From Omnitrophica WOR_2 bacterium RIFOXYA2_FULL_38_17 (GTDB lineage Bacteria > Omnitrophota > Gorgyraeia > Zapsychrales > Zapsychraceae): a stretch of 64,000 bases of DNA. Each line of letters begins with the position of its first letter. Within the stretch, counting starts at the first letter, position 1. The stretch spans positions 429-64,428 of the forward strand of contig MHHG01000072.1 in the NCBI GenBank assembly GCA_001805965.1, given 5' to 3'. Shown in pieces: positions 27,481 through 37,134 of the stretch. Made by a program: the position numbers and the translations under genes. A model generated the notes under the pieces. The model was given only the letters and a program-made list of their open reading frames with translations. It searched no databases and was not told where the DNA came from.

Positions 27481-28932
27481 ATGAGTGGTTTATTCGGTGC
27501 TGTGTCGCAAAAAGATTGTGTTAAGACATTGTTTTATGGAATAGATTATCATTCTCACTTGGGAACAGAGTATGGGGGGATGGTTGTTTTAGGAGATGAT
27601 TTTGAAAGACATATACATGACATTAGTAAAAGCCAATTCAAATCGAAATTTTATGATGATTACAAAGGGCTAAAAGGCAATAAGGGCATTGGTGTTATCA
27701 GCGATTGTGACCCACAGCCAATTTATTTACATTCAAAATTTGGACCTTATTGTATTGTTACGACAGGATTTATAGAGAATAAAAAGGAGCTGGAAGAATA
27801 CCTTTTCAGAAAAGGAATTTCTTTTAGCGAGGTTTCTTCAACAGGTGTAAATATGACGGAGCTAATAGCGAAGCTTGTCAGCTTAGGTGAAAATATTGTT
27901 GAAGGTATTGAAAAAATGTTTGAAATGATCGAAGGCTCATGCTCTTTGCTGATCTTGACCAAGGATGGCATATATGCTGCGCGCGATAGATTAGGGTATA
28001 CACCTCTCGTTATAGGGAAAAAGGACGATGAATGGGTTGTTGCCTCTGAGAGCAATTCCTTTTGTAACTTTGGATATAAATTGAAGAAGTTCTTGATGCC
28101 TGGGGAAATAATCTTGATCAATGAAGATGGAATATCCGTAAAAAACAAAGGGACAGAAGATAGCCAGATATGTGCCTTCTTGTGGATATACACGGGTTTT
28201 CCTGCAGCGTATTATGAAGGGATAAATGTTGAAACTGTTAGAGAAAATTGCGGAAGGGCTTTAGCAATGAAGGATAAGGATATCAAGGCTGATGTTGTTT
28301 CAGGTGTTCCTGATTCTGGAACTGCTCATGCAATAGGTTATGCTATGGAATCGGGAGTTCCTTATCGCAGGCCGCTGATAAAATATACTCCGGGATATGG
28401 CAGAAGTTATACTCCTCCCAGCCAGGAAACAAGAGACCTTGTTGCAACAATGAAGCTTATTGCTATTGATGATATTATTAAAGGAAACAGGCTTATTGTT
28501 TGTGATGACTCCATTGTTCGTGGCACACAGCTAAAGAATTATCTTGTTAAGAAATTGGAAAATGCAGGAGCAAAAGAGATACATGTTAGACCGGCTTGCC
28601 CGCCGCTTATGTTCCCCTGTAAGTTCTGCCTTTCAACCCGAAGCATAAATGAGCTTGCTGCCAGGAAAGCTATTAAAGCAATTGAAGGGAAAGATATAGA
28701 TGATGTTTCTGGATATATCGATGCTAACAGTGAAAAATATAAAAAAATGGTCGATTGGATAGAAAAAGACCTGGGTGTTACAACTCTAAGATTTCAGGAT
28801 ATTGAAGATATGGTCAAGGCTATTGGTTTGCCGCGCGAAAAATTATGTTTATACTGCTGGACCGGAGAGTGTCCTTCAAAAAGAGAAAAAAATGATACTA
28901 AAGTTAAGCAAGAACCATGTTTGACAAAATAA
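27481..28932 (+). CDS. purF: Amidophosphoribosyltransferase-like protein (N-terminal Cys replaced by Ser)
   Basis: ARDRLG.TPL, GVPDSG, PRPP loop VCDDSIVRGT, EIHVRPACPP and C-terminal CLYC. The N-terminus is MSGLFG. Confidence 0.85.
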   Translation: MSGLFGAVSQKDCVKTLFYGIDYHSHLGTEYGGMVVLGDDFERHIHDISKSQFKSKFYDDYKGLKGNKGIGVISDCDPQPIYLHSKFGPYCIVTTGFIENKKELEEYLFRKGISFSEVSSTGVNMTELIAKLVSLGENIVEGIEKMFEMIEGSCSLLILTKDGIYAARDRLGYTPLVIGKKDDEWVVASESNSFCNFGYKLKKFLMPGEIILINEDGISVKNKGTEDSQICAFLWIYTGFPAAYYEGINVETVRENCGRALAMKDKDIKADVVSGVPDSGTAHAIGYAMESGVPYRRPLIKYTPGYGRSYTPPSQETRDLVATMKLIAIDDIIKGNRLIVCDDSIVRGTQLKNYLVKKLENAGAKEIHVRPACPPLMFPCKFCLSTRSINELAARKAIKAIEGKDIDDVSGYIDANSEKYKKMVDWIEKDLGVTTLRFQDIEDMVKAIGLPREKLCLYCWTGECPSKREKNDTKVKQEPCLTK

Positions 28933-28935
28933 ACA

Positions 28936-29544
28936 ATGCATTTACAGCCGTTTAAATTAAATACCAGCCTAGAAGCTTTAACAAGCACAATTGAGACAGA
29001 TAATGAGATTGCTAATTGGTTTTATTATTTGTTATCAGAATCGTCGCTAGAAAATGAATTTGGAAAAGGTTCTCAGTTCTCGGCTGAACTTGCACATTTG
29101 CGCCAGAAAGTTCTTTTACAAAACTCAGCTAAAATTACGGTTATACTATTTTTGATCATTGTGATCTTCTGGGGGAGAATAGAACATTTCTTGGCGTTTA
29201 TACCTATGGCGGTATTGTTTATTATTAATGATAAAAACATCAAAAAAGATATCGCGAAGTTAAGTCAAAGTGTTCTATTGCGGGATTTTATAGATAATGA
29301 TTTTCAGGATAAATCCTTATATCAGATAGGTGAGAATTATAGCAAGAAATACAGTATTGCTTCTTTGGTCAAAATACAGTTTTTCTCAGTGAATTTTGTC
29401 CGGATAGTGTTCGTGTCTTCGGTTATTGTTTTTGCTTTTGCCGTTCCTTTAAAAATTCTGCAGAGCTATACATTAATAGCCACGCTTTTTTATGCGGCTC
29501 AGGTAATAACAGGTTTTCATTTTATATTCAATAGAATGAAGTAG
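28936..29544 (+). CDS. Hypothetical membrane protein
   Basis: About 4 TM segments; starts 3 nt after purF. Confidence 0.6.
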   Translation: MHLQPFKLNTSLEALTSTIETDNEIANWFYYLLSESSLENEFGKGSQFSAELAHLRQKVLLQNSAKITVILFLIIVIFWGRIEHFLAFIPMAVLFIINDKNIKKDIAKLSQSVLLRDFIDNDFQDKSLYQIGENYSKKYSIASLVKIQFFSVNFVRIVFVSSVIVFAFAVPLKILQSYTLIATLFYAAQVITGFHFIFNRMK

Positions 29545-31445
29545 AGTTTTATTGATATTGTTATTATTGTGACGCTGAATAGTGTAAGAAAAGATATAAT
29601 CAGCCCGCCAGAAGAGGCCGTAAGGTTTATAAAGCTATAGACTAATGGGAACAATCGGGTAACTGTTGAGCTTTTGAGATTGTTATGCTTGAAAACCATA
29701 TAAGAGAGGGAATATCGACGCCAGTTAAGGTTTGTAATGCGGTTTTCAGATGACACTTTATTGTAAAATTTGCTTCCAGGAAGAGGGGTAAGCAGCGAGG
29801 TTGATGAATATTCAGGCATAATTGCCAGGCTGAATTTCCATATATCGAATATATTTCTTAGGGTGTCGTTCTCAAACCCAAAGATAAATTGTGCTTTAAC
29901 TTTTATGCCAAGTTTTTGTATTTTTTTTGTAAATTCAACATATTTATCTGCCATTGAATATTTGCCTTTTTTTTCTTTTTCTTTTGAACCTGCGATAATT
30001 TCATAACCAAACAGCATTGAAGTACAGCCACTTTCCTTTGCAAGCCTTAAGGCTTCATCATCTTTAGCAATGTCTATCGTGCATTGCATTCTCCATGTAA
30101 TATTCAATTTCTTCATTTCAGCAAATAATTCTTTTGCATATTGAGGGTTGTTAAATAGATTTGTGTCGATAAACCCCAAATGCTTATATTGTGTTTTTGC
30201 TTTATTTAATAGCGCGATAACATCTGCAATAGGGCGTTTGTAAATTGCCGCATTGCTTAAGTAGGGCACAGAACAGAAGTCACATTGAAATTTGCATCCG
30301 CGAGTGGTTTCAAGATATCCAGCGATATCTTGAGGGGATAGATCTAAAAGTGCAGCATTTACCTTATGATGATCTTCCTCGGAAATAGGCTTAAAATACT
30401 TTTGCTTTAAACTGTCATTCTCGTAATCTTGTATTATATCTGGCCAAACAGATTCACAGTCCCCGATAACAACAGAGTCACAATACTCCAGAGCTTCATC
30501 AGGAAGGCAACTTATATGCGGACCACCCATAACTACTTTTGAACCGGCATCTTTAAACCCTTTGGCAATGGCATATGCTTCGAAGGCATTAGATGTAAAG
30601 CATGTTATTGCAACCAGCTTATTTTTCCGGAAATATCTTTTTCTCCAATAAAGACGGTTGAATTCCCGGATCTTATAGTGTTTGGGAGTGATCGCCTTGA
30701 ATATTGCGAAAACTGAAGCAGGAGGAAGCCCTGAAAATTTAAAGGCGAACCCGGATATTATCCCGCCATTTATTGGATTCACTAAGAACAATTCTTTTTG
30801 GGACTCATTATGCGCAGCTATTTCCGGATAATGATCAAGAATCAATGCTGTAAAGTAGGAGAACATTATAAGTTGTAAATAAATTGAACAAAATCTCATT
30901 ATATTAAGCAGCATGGGGCTGGATATGTATGAGTTAATAATTATGTTTTCGCAAAAAATATTTAATAAATATAAGAATGCTATGACAACAGTATTTCTGC
31001 TGGATAGTTTAAATTTTCTATTTGATATATTTAAGGGTTTTAAATATTTGTCGCGTATCATCAAATTGCTTAATAAATAGTAGATTATCAGGCTGAACAT
31101 GGCATATGCAATGTTGAAAGGCATGATTTCAAATATGCCGATCGTAATAAAAGATATGAAGTAGATTGCAAAAGGGCATATTGAAAAAAGAAGCAATAAT
31201 ATCCAATAATGATTTGCATTTCTAAAAATGGATTCTTTATTGAAAACAATATTTTCTTTGCTTGTTACTTCAACAATTGCCCCGAATATACCACTTAGAA
31301 AGTAAGATTTAAGAAAAGGAAAAATTATAATGTTAAGATTTATCAGTGGTTGGTAGGTGATAGTTCCATAAAGATTATCTGCCAGATAAACAAAAAAAAC
31401 AAAGATCAATGCTGAGTTTATTATTTTTAGAATCTTTGAGAACAT
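29517..31445 (-). CDS. Cobalamin-binding radical SAM enzyme fused to an N-terminal membrane domain
   Basis: VVMGGPH (B12-binding domain), ETTRGCKFQCDFC (CxxxCxxC), FIFGF, TPLPGS. ~200 aa hydrophobic N-terminus and a C-terminal TM. Confidence 0.85.
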   Translation of the reverse strand: MFSKILKIINSALIFVFFVYLADNLYGTITYQPLINLNIIIFPFLKSYFLSGIFGAIVEVTSKENIVFNKESIFRNANHYWILLLLFSICPFAIYFISFITIGIFEIMPFNIAYAMFSLIIYYLLSNLMIRDKYLKPLNISNRKFKLSSRNTVVIAFLYLLNIFCENIIINSYISSPMLLNIMRFCSIYLQLIMFSYFTALILDHYPEIAAHNESQKELFLVNPINGGIISGFAFKFSGLPPASVFAIFKAITPKHYKIREFNRLYWRKRYFRKNKLVAITCFTSNAFEAYAIAKGFKDAGSKVVMGGPHISCLPDEALEYCDSVVIGDCESVWPDIIQDYENDSLKQKYFKPISEEDHHKVNAALLDLSPQDIAGYLETTRGCKFQCDFCSVPYLSNAAIYKRPIADVIALLNKAKTQYKHLGFIDTNLFNNPQYAKELFAEMKKLNITWRMQCTIDIAKDDEALRLAKESGCTSMLFGYEIIAGSKEKEKKGKYSMADKYVEFTKKIQKLGIKVKAQFIFGFENDTLRNIFDIWKFSLAIMPEYSSTSLLTPLPGSKFYNKVSSENRITNLNWRRYSLSYMVFKHNNLKSSTVTRLFPLVYSFINLTASSGGLIISFLTLFSVTIITISIKLYFILLNIK

Positions 31446-31748
31446 ATTGGCGGTATTTTTACTATTTGTTTATTTGGGTTGATTTGTTTTAAAACCCATC
31501 GTTAAATACTATACATTAGTTTACGTTGATTTATTTAAAGATTCAATCTATGATTTTAAATACTGATATTTGCGAACAAGAATGGTTTTTTAAATAAATC
31601 CGGAAAATGGCTTTATGCGAAATGTGTAAATAGCTGTAATTTAACGATATATGTAGTAAAATAGCAAATAATTAAATTTCCGAAACTTTTGTTTTATTTT
31701 TGTGTTTAAAGAAATGAACCAGGTAACAAAGTGGAAAGGGAGGTAAAG

Positions 31749-32612
31749 ATGATGAAAATAAAAGTTTTATTAATTGCAGGGATCTTGATCTTTTCTGGCG
31801 GGATTTTGTATGCTCAGGAAGAGGCTGTTGAAACAGATTTAAGAGAAGAACACAAAGACTATGTTCAAAATCAGAAAGATGAGAAGCAGAAGTGGCAGGA
31901 AGATTTTAACGCTAGAAGGAAAGCAGCTTTAGATGAGTATAAAGCTCAAGGATTATCACAAAAAGAAATACAAGAGAAGATGCAGGAATTTCGTGATGAA
32001 AAGGGTGCATATATAAAGAGTAAAAATCAAGAAAGACGTGAGTATATGAAGGAACAGAGAGAGAATAATCCGGGTCAGGGAAGGACTGCTGCAGAAAGAA
32101 AAAGAGATCATATAGAGGAAAAATTAGATAGAAAAGAAGATGTAATAGATAAAAGTGAAAATAGGTGGGATAGAAGAGAGGATGTTAGGGATAGGAATGA
32201 GGATAAACGTGACAGAAGGGAAGATGTTCGTGATAGAACAGAGGATGTCAGAGATTCAAAGAATGATGAAATAAAAGAAAAGAGGTTGGGTGACTTGCAG
32301 GGACGTTATACAAATTCAAATGACCCAGAACAGCAAAAAAGATTAGAAAAGCGAATAGGAAGATTAGAAAAGAACATAAAGAGAGATAAGAAAGAAGATG
32401 TTTTGGATAAACGGGAAGATGTCAAAGATAGACGAGAAGATGTTAGAGATAAAAGAGAAGATAAAAGAGATAAGAAGGAAAATGTTAGGGACCGTAGGGA
32501 GAATCGAAGAGATCGAAGAGAGGATTTTAGTCATAAATCTCCAAGATCTGACAGAAAACAGGGTCAAATTCGTAAGAATGTCCATAATAGTAGGGTTCGT
32601 AAAAATAAATAA
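31749..32612 (+). CDS. Secreted highly charged protein with D-[RK]-[RK]-E-D-x-R heptad repeats
   Basis: GGGAGG RBS, signal peptide (…LYA-QE), two blocks of seven heptads. Confidence 0.8.
   Translation: MMKIKVLLIAGILIFSGGILYAQEEAVETDLREEHKDYVQNQKDEKQKWQEDFNARRKAALDEYKAQGLSQKEIQEKMQEFRDEKGAYIKSKNQERREYMKEQRENNPGQGRTAAERKRDHIEEKLDRKEDVIDKSENRWDRREDVRDRNEDKRDRREDVRDRTEDVRDSKNDEIKEKRLGDLQGRYTNSNDPEQQKRLEKRIGRLEKNIKRDKKEDVLDKREDVKDRREDVRDKREDKRDKKENVRDRRENRRDRREDFSHKSPRSDRKQGQIRKNVHNSRVRKNK
32127..32531 (+). repeat. Two arrays of 7 x 21-bp coding repeats (32127-32273, 32385-32531)
   Basis: DRKEDVI DKSENRW DRREDVR DRNEDKR DRREDVR DRTEDVR DSKNDEI and DKKEDVL DKREDVK DRREDVR DKREDKR DKKENVR DRRENRR DRREDFS. 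Confidence 0.8.
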
Positions 32613-32634
32613 GGAAAAAAAGAAACTTTCAGCA

Positions 32635-32678
32635 AAAAATAATCCCTATTGAACATATGTTCAATAGGGATTATTTTT
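32635..32678. terminator. Perfect 44-bp palindrome, probable terminator
   Basis: AAAAATAATCCCTATTGAACAT|ATGTTCAATAGGGATTATTTTT, directly after the repeat-protein gene. Confidence 0.7.
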
Positions 32679-32772
32679 GCATATTTTTAAATATATCTTG
32701 TAATTATTTTGAACATGAATTAATCTAAGCAAAAAGAAGAGAAGTAATAATCAGTTTAAGAAAGGATTTGAT

Positions 32773-33162
32773 ATGAGTTTAAATAGCGTAAATATCATGG
32801 GAAACCTTACCAGGGATCCAGAGATGAAATATACTTCATCGGGACGTGCCGTTTGCAATTTATCAATTGCAAATAATAGAATATTTTCAAAAAACGGCGA
32901 AAAGGTTACAGAAGTTTCTTTCTTTGATATAGAAGTTTGGGGTGTTATTGCTGAAAATTGTTCAAAGTACCTATCAAAAGGTAGCGGAATCATTGTTGAA
33001 GGCCGTTTAAGGCAGGATCGCTGGGAAAAAGACGGAAAAACACAGAGCAGGGTTAGGATAGCAGCCAATAATGTACATTTTTTACCAAGGAAAAAAGATG
33101 ATAGTAGCGTGGAAGTCCCTAATGATGCACCAGTATCAGATGATATTGCCTGGGATGATTAG
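32773..33162 (+). CDS. ssb: Single-stranded DNA-binding protein
   Basis: LNSVNIMGNLTRDPEMKYT, KGS.IIVEGRL, acidic tail DDIAWDD. Confidence 0.93.
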   Translation: MSLNSVNIMGNLTRDPEMKYTSSGRAVCNLSIANNRIFSKNGEKVTEVSFFDIEVWGVIAENCSKYLSKGSGIIVEGRLRQDRWEKDGKTQSRVRIAANNVHFLPRKKDDSSVEVPNDAPVSDDIAWDD

Positions 33163-33174
33163 GAGAAGTGTTTG

Positions 33175-33552
33175 TTAGCTGTTTACAGCAAGAAGTTCGT
33201 TGACAGCTTTTAATATATCTTCAGTTGCAAATGGTTTCGTAAAAGAATATTTAACGCTTGATAGCATTTTTGTTGATTCAAGGTAGTCGTTAGCATTTCC
33301 TCTGCCGCCACCAGATATAGCTATTACCTTTAGTAGCGGAAACTCTTTTCCAAGTTCGTAGATTGTATCAACCCCGTCCTTCTCCGGCATAATTATATCA
33401 GTTATAACTAAGTCGGCGGGTTCCTGGCGATAAATATCAATTCCTTCACGGCCATTGGAAGCAACTACTACCTCATAATTTTTTCTTTCTAGCAGCTCTT
33501 TTAACATTTCTCTTACGTCATCATCATCATCTATGACTAATATTCTTGCCAT
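33175..33552 (-). CDS. Single-domain response regulator (receiver)
   Basis: ILVIDDD, DLVITDIIMPEKDG, IAISGGG, KPF. Confidence 0.93.
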   Translation of the reverse strand: MARILVIDDDDDVREMLKELLERKNYEVVVASNGREGIDIYRQEPADLVITDIIMPEKDGVDTIYELGKEFPLLKVIAISGGGRGNANDYLESTKMLSSVKYSFTKPFATEDILKAVNELLAVNS

Positions 33553-33595
33553 TTAGTTCTCCTTTTATATCTTTTAAGATATTCAATAATAATTC

Positions 33596-35479
33596 TCAAA
33601 TTGCATTTGTTCTTGGTAAATATATCGTAAAGATAGTCCCTTTGCCTACTTCACTTTCAACAGTTATTTCCCCATTGTAACTTTTAATGATTCCCTGCAC
33701 CATTGATAATCCCAGGCCAGTACCTTTCCCGACTTCTTTAGTAGTGAAGAATGGTTCGAAGACCCTGTCAAGGGTATCCTTATCTATTCCATGTCCATTA
33801 TCTTCGATGCTTATTTTGACATAGTCACCCTCTTTTAGGTCCTTATGTCTTGAGGCAAGACCCACATCAATAGAGATCCTTGATAATGATATTTCAATAA
33901 ATCCATTTGGCTTATTCATTGAGTGTACGCTGTTTGTGCATATATTTAAGATAACATGTTGTATTTGATTTGAGTCAGCCAATACGTAGCCACAATTATT
34001 ATCAATGTTTTCTCTTATTTCTATTGCGCCTTTTACCGAGGCTTTAAACATGGACAATACCTCCTTAATAACAGGGGATATGGCAATATTTTGGGCCTCC
34101 TCTTTGTAGGATCTGCTATAAATAAGCATCTGCTGGGCTAATTTTTGTGCGCTAATAACACCTTTTATTACTTTTTGCAGATCGCTATGGGTGCGACTGT
34201 TTTGATCTGTATCATCGAGCGCCATTTCAGTATAGCCACGAATTGTGGCAAGGATGTTGTTAAAATTGTGTGCAATGCCGCTAGCCATAGTACCAATGGA
34301 CTCCATCTTTTGTGATTGTAAAAGTTGTCTTTGCAAGTTTTCTTTTTCGTCTGAGGCCTGTTTAGTTTTTGTTATATCTCGATTAACGCCTCTGTAACCT
34401 ACCATCTTACCTTCAGGATCCAGGATAGGTACTCCGGTAGTGACTATAATGATGTTGTTTCCATCTTTTCTTAATCCATAGTTAATGAAGTCTTTGATTT
34501 CTTTCTTGTTATGGAATGCTGTAAAAACCTTGGTCATAAATTCTTCTTTTTCATTAGGGGGATAGAAGTCGTAGAAGAATTTTCCTAAAATATACTCAGA
34601 TTTATACCCTAAAATATTCTCAACGGTATGATTAGAATAAACATATCTTCCTTGAGCATCTACTTCCCAGATCCAGTCGCCACTACTTTCGGCAACATCT
34701 CTAAAGCGCTGTTGTTCTTTCTCCAATATATTTATAGAAACCGTGGTATTTCTCAGGTCAGCAGTCATTTTGTTGATCGAGTCGGCTAATTCTCCGATTT
34801 CACTTTTATCATTAGATTCTACAATGTGGGATAATTTTCCTGCGCTGATCATTTTTACACCATGGACTAATGCGTTGATTGGTTGAGTGATTGATAAAGA
34901 TAAAAGATATGAGACCATAAGGCTTAGCATGATAAATACTGTAACTAAGAAAATGGATGATCTTGTTCTATTCATAACTTCTTTGTCAATTCTTTGAAGA
35001 GACATCCCAAGCTGAACGGCTCCAACTATTTCATTTTCATATATTACGGGTGTGAGAATTTCAAGCACAGGGATTCTTTTTTTGTCTCTTAGTAAAGAGG
35101 AGAGATATGTTTCTTGTGGAAGGGATTTAAGCGTTTGATTATCTTCAAAGGTCTCAATAATAAAGATTCTTGTTATTAATTTGGTGTTTAAATCCCCATA
35201 AATGCTCACGTATCCAATATCAGGATAAGTTTCTAATTTGTTAGCGGAATTATCAAGTAATAAAATATCTTCAATCAATACACCTTCTGCCACTTTTTTT
35301 GCAAATTCTGTTGCTAGAAGAAGCCCTCTGTTTCTAAAAGATTCAAGCATGTTCTGCCTTATATTGTTTAGCAGGAAGAAAGATGTTGCCCCCATAGAGA
35401 TAACTATTAGAGCAGCGATAATTACGAATATCCTAGTTTGTAGCCTGAGGCCTTTTATTTTAAATGAGGTATTTTTCAA
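33596..35479 (-). CDS. HAMP-PAS sensor histidine kinase
   Basis: Two TMs, HAMP, PAS (DWIWEVD), H-box [30 protein letters not shown]. Confidence 0.92.
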   Translation of the reverse strand: MKNTSFKIKGLRLQTRIFVIIAALIVISMGATSFFLLNNIRQNMLESFRNRGLLLATEFAKKVAEGVLIEDILLLDNSANKLETYPDIGYVSIYGDLNTKLITRIFIIETFEDNQTLKSLPQETYLSSLLRDKKRIPVLEILTPVIYENEIVGAVQLGMSLQRIDKEVMNRTRSSIFLVTVFIMLSLMVSYLLSLSITQPINALVHGVKMISAGKLSHIVESNDKSEIGELADSINKMTADLRNTTVSINILEKEQQRFRDVAESSGDWIWEVDAQGRYVYSNHTVENILGYKSEYILGKFFYDFYPPNEKEEFMTKVFTAFHNKKEIKDFINYGLRKDGNNIIIVTTGVPILDPEGKMVGYRGVNRDITKTKQASDEKENLQRQLLQSQKMESIGTMASGIAHNFNNILATIRGYTEMALDDTDQNSRTHSDLQKVIKGVISAQKLAQQMLIYSRSYKEEAQNIAISPVIKEVLSMFKASVKGAIEIRENIDNNCGYVLADSNQIQHVILNICTNSVHSMNKPNGFIEISLSRISIDVGLASRHKDLKEGDYVKISIEDNGHGIDKDTLDRVFEPFFTTKEVGKGTGLGLSMVQGIIKSYNGEITVESEVGKGTIFTIYLPRTNAI

Positions 35480-35517
35480 ATTTGTGCCTTATTGCCTTTT
35501 TTTATAAAAAATTATTT

Positions 35518-36828
35518 CTATTCATCTCCAAAAACTATCATAGCGCTGGATAAGGATCCATGAAAACAGCCATAGCCTTTTATATTGCCTTGTTCTCCGG
35601 AAGTAAAGCCTCCGATAAAAGGTTTTCCATTCATTTCTTTTTTCATTTCGAAAACTATTTTTTGCAATTCTTCAGGGTCCCTGCCTATTTGACCAAAGGC
35701 TGCAGACCTGGAATAAACATGAATTCCGCCAGCTAGAGTATTTTTCTTGACTCTTCCGTCTATCAACGCTTTTGTTATAATGGTTCCAGCCCGTATTATG
35801 TAGCCTTTTCTTGATGCTGAAGGATAGTATATTCTATCTCCTACTTTCATATCAATTCCTACAAGAAGGGTTTTGTCAGGGTATATTTCTGTCGGGAGCG
35901 TGACCGTAGTTACAGTTTTTTCCTCTCCCAGGTCATGTATTTTCACAATAGGTATTCTTCCGGCAGTTTCCCAAATAGCAAGGGGTGCTGTGAGGGCATT
36001 TATGTCGATATTATTAAAGAGACCGCCAGACCACTCATTGTAAACATCGAAAGCAGGAAGATTATCGATCATTTTTAAATGTTTGTTTGTGGGTCCTGTT
36101 TCAGTGACGATTCCAGATAGTTTTTTATCAATTCTGACGCCTGAGTGGTAGCCGACTCCGACCTTAGAATCAGCATAAAAGACGGCTAAAGCAAAACCGC
36201 CGTCAATTACATTGTTATTAGAAAAGACAGTTGAATTTGCAGGAGTTCCTCCCATAAGCTTTATTTCGTGACCGAAAAATTCTTCTATAGCTTCTAATAT
36301 TGGCTGCTCTTTTAATTTTGCAGGAGAAATTAAAATGAAGCTTGGTTTGTCTGAAATCGATTTTCCTGCATCCTTTACTGCAGAAATAATTGTTTGCGAA
36401 GTAATTTCTTTAATATCTTTCATTGTAGTCTTTTGGGACATGTCTGCTATGCCTAAGCCGATTTTCCAGGAGGGGGCCTCTATGCCTAGCATAGCCAAAG
36501 AACCTTTTTCCCCTTTATGTATACCTTCTTGAGTGAAGACAGCAAAAGAAACCTCTAAGCCAAACAATTTTGCGTCTTTAAAGGTCTCGCGTAGTTGTTC
36601 GATAATTATACTTTTGTCATATTCTGATTCAACCATAAGGTATATGAAATCTGGGTTGGGAATAGTTCTTTTAAGCATTTGAATTGCTTCATTAGCTGCT
36701 TTAGATTCTTCAATGTTTACGCTCCAGCCCGAACCAATTTTTACTTTAGCATGTGAAACGTTTGGTATAAGACAAAATACTGTTGAAGTTAATAAGGTAA
36801 TGAAGAGTGCCCTTAGAAGGCTTTTCAT
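35518..36828 (-). CDS. FIST domain protein with signal peptide
   Basis: FIST-N (LMGGT), IDNLPAFDVY.EW and FIST-C (IGGFTSGEQG). Signal peptide ending SHA-KV. Confidence 0.8.
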   Translation of the reverse strand: MKSLLRALFITLLTSTVFCLIPNVSHAKVKIGSGWSVNIEESKAANEAIQMLKRTIPNPDFIYLMVESEYDKSIIIEQLRETFKDAKLFGLEVSFAVFTQEGIHKGEKGSLAMLGIEAPSWKIGLGIADMSQKTTMKDIKEITSQTIISAVKDAGKSISDKPSFILISPAKLKEQPILEAIEEFFGHEIKLMGGTPANSTVFSNNNVIDGGFALAVFYADSKVGVGYHSGVRIDKKLSGIVTETGPTNKHLKMIDNLPAFDVYNEWSGGLFNNIDINALTAPLAIWETAGRIPIVKIHDLGEEKTVTTVTLPTEIYPDKTLLVGIDMKVGDRIYYPSASRKGYIIRAGTIITKALIDGRVKKNTLAGGIHVYSRSAAFGQIGRDPEELQKIVFEMKKEMNGKPFIGGFTSGEQGNIKGYGCFHGSLSSAMIVFGDE

Positions 36829-37134
36829 TGTGGCCTTTCTATTAAAAAGGAAAGAAATCTTATTTTCAGTTAAATTTATTTCTCAAAATATCTTAAATAA
36901 TATACCATGTTAATATTGTATGGATAAGTGTTTTTATTCAAAATATGATTTGAATTGTATATGAAATAAAGCAGATATGTTCTTGAATTTTGGGTTAGAA
37001 TCATCAGGATATCGTAACTATTATCATTGATATCTATAGAATAATAAAAGAATGTGTGGTAATATTTTAAATATTAGGAATTTAGTCATTAGACGAAAAT
37101 TGAGTGATTTTACAGGAGAATAGTATATTTTCTT

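Noticed and set aside
32127-32531. GA-rich ~21-bp repeats as a CRISPR array
   Set aside because: They are in-frame degenerate coding repeats with no unique spacers, and no cas genes are present.
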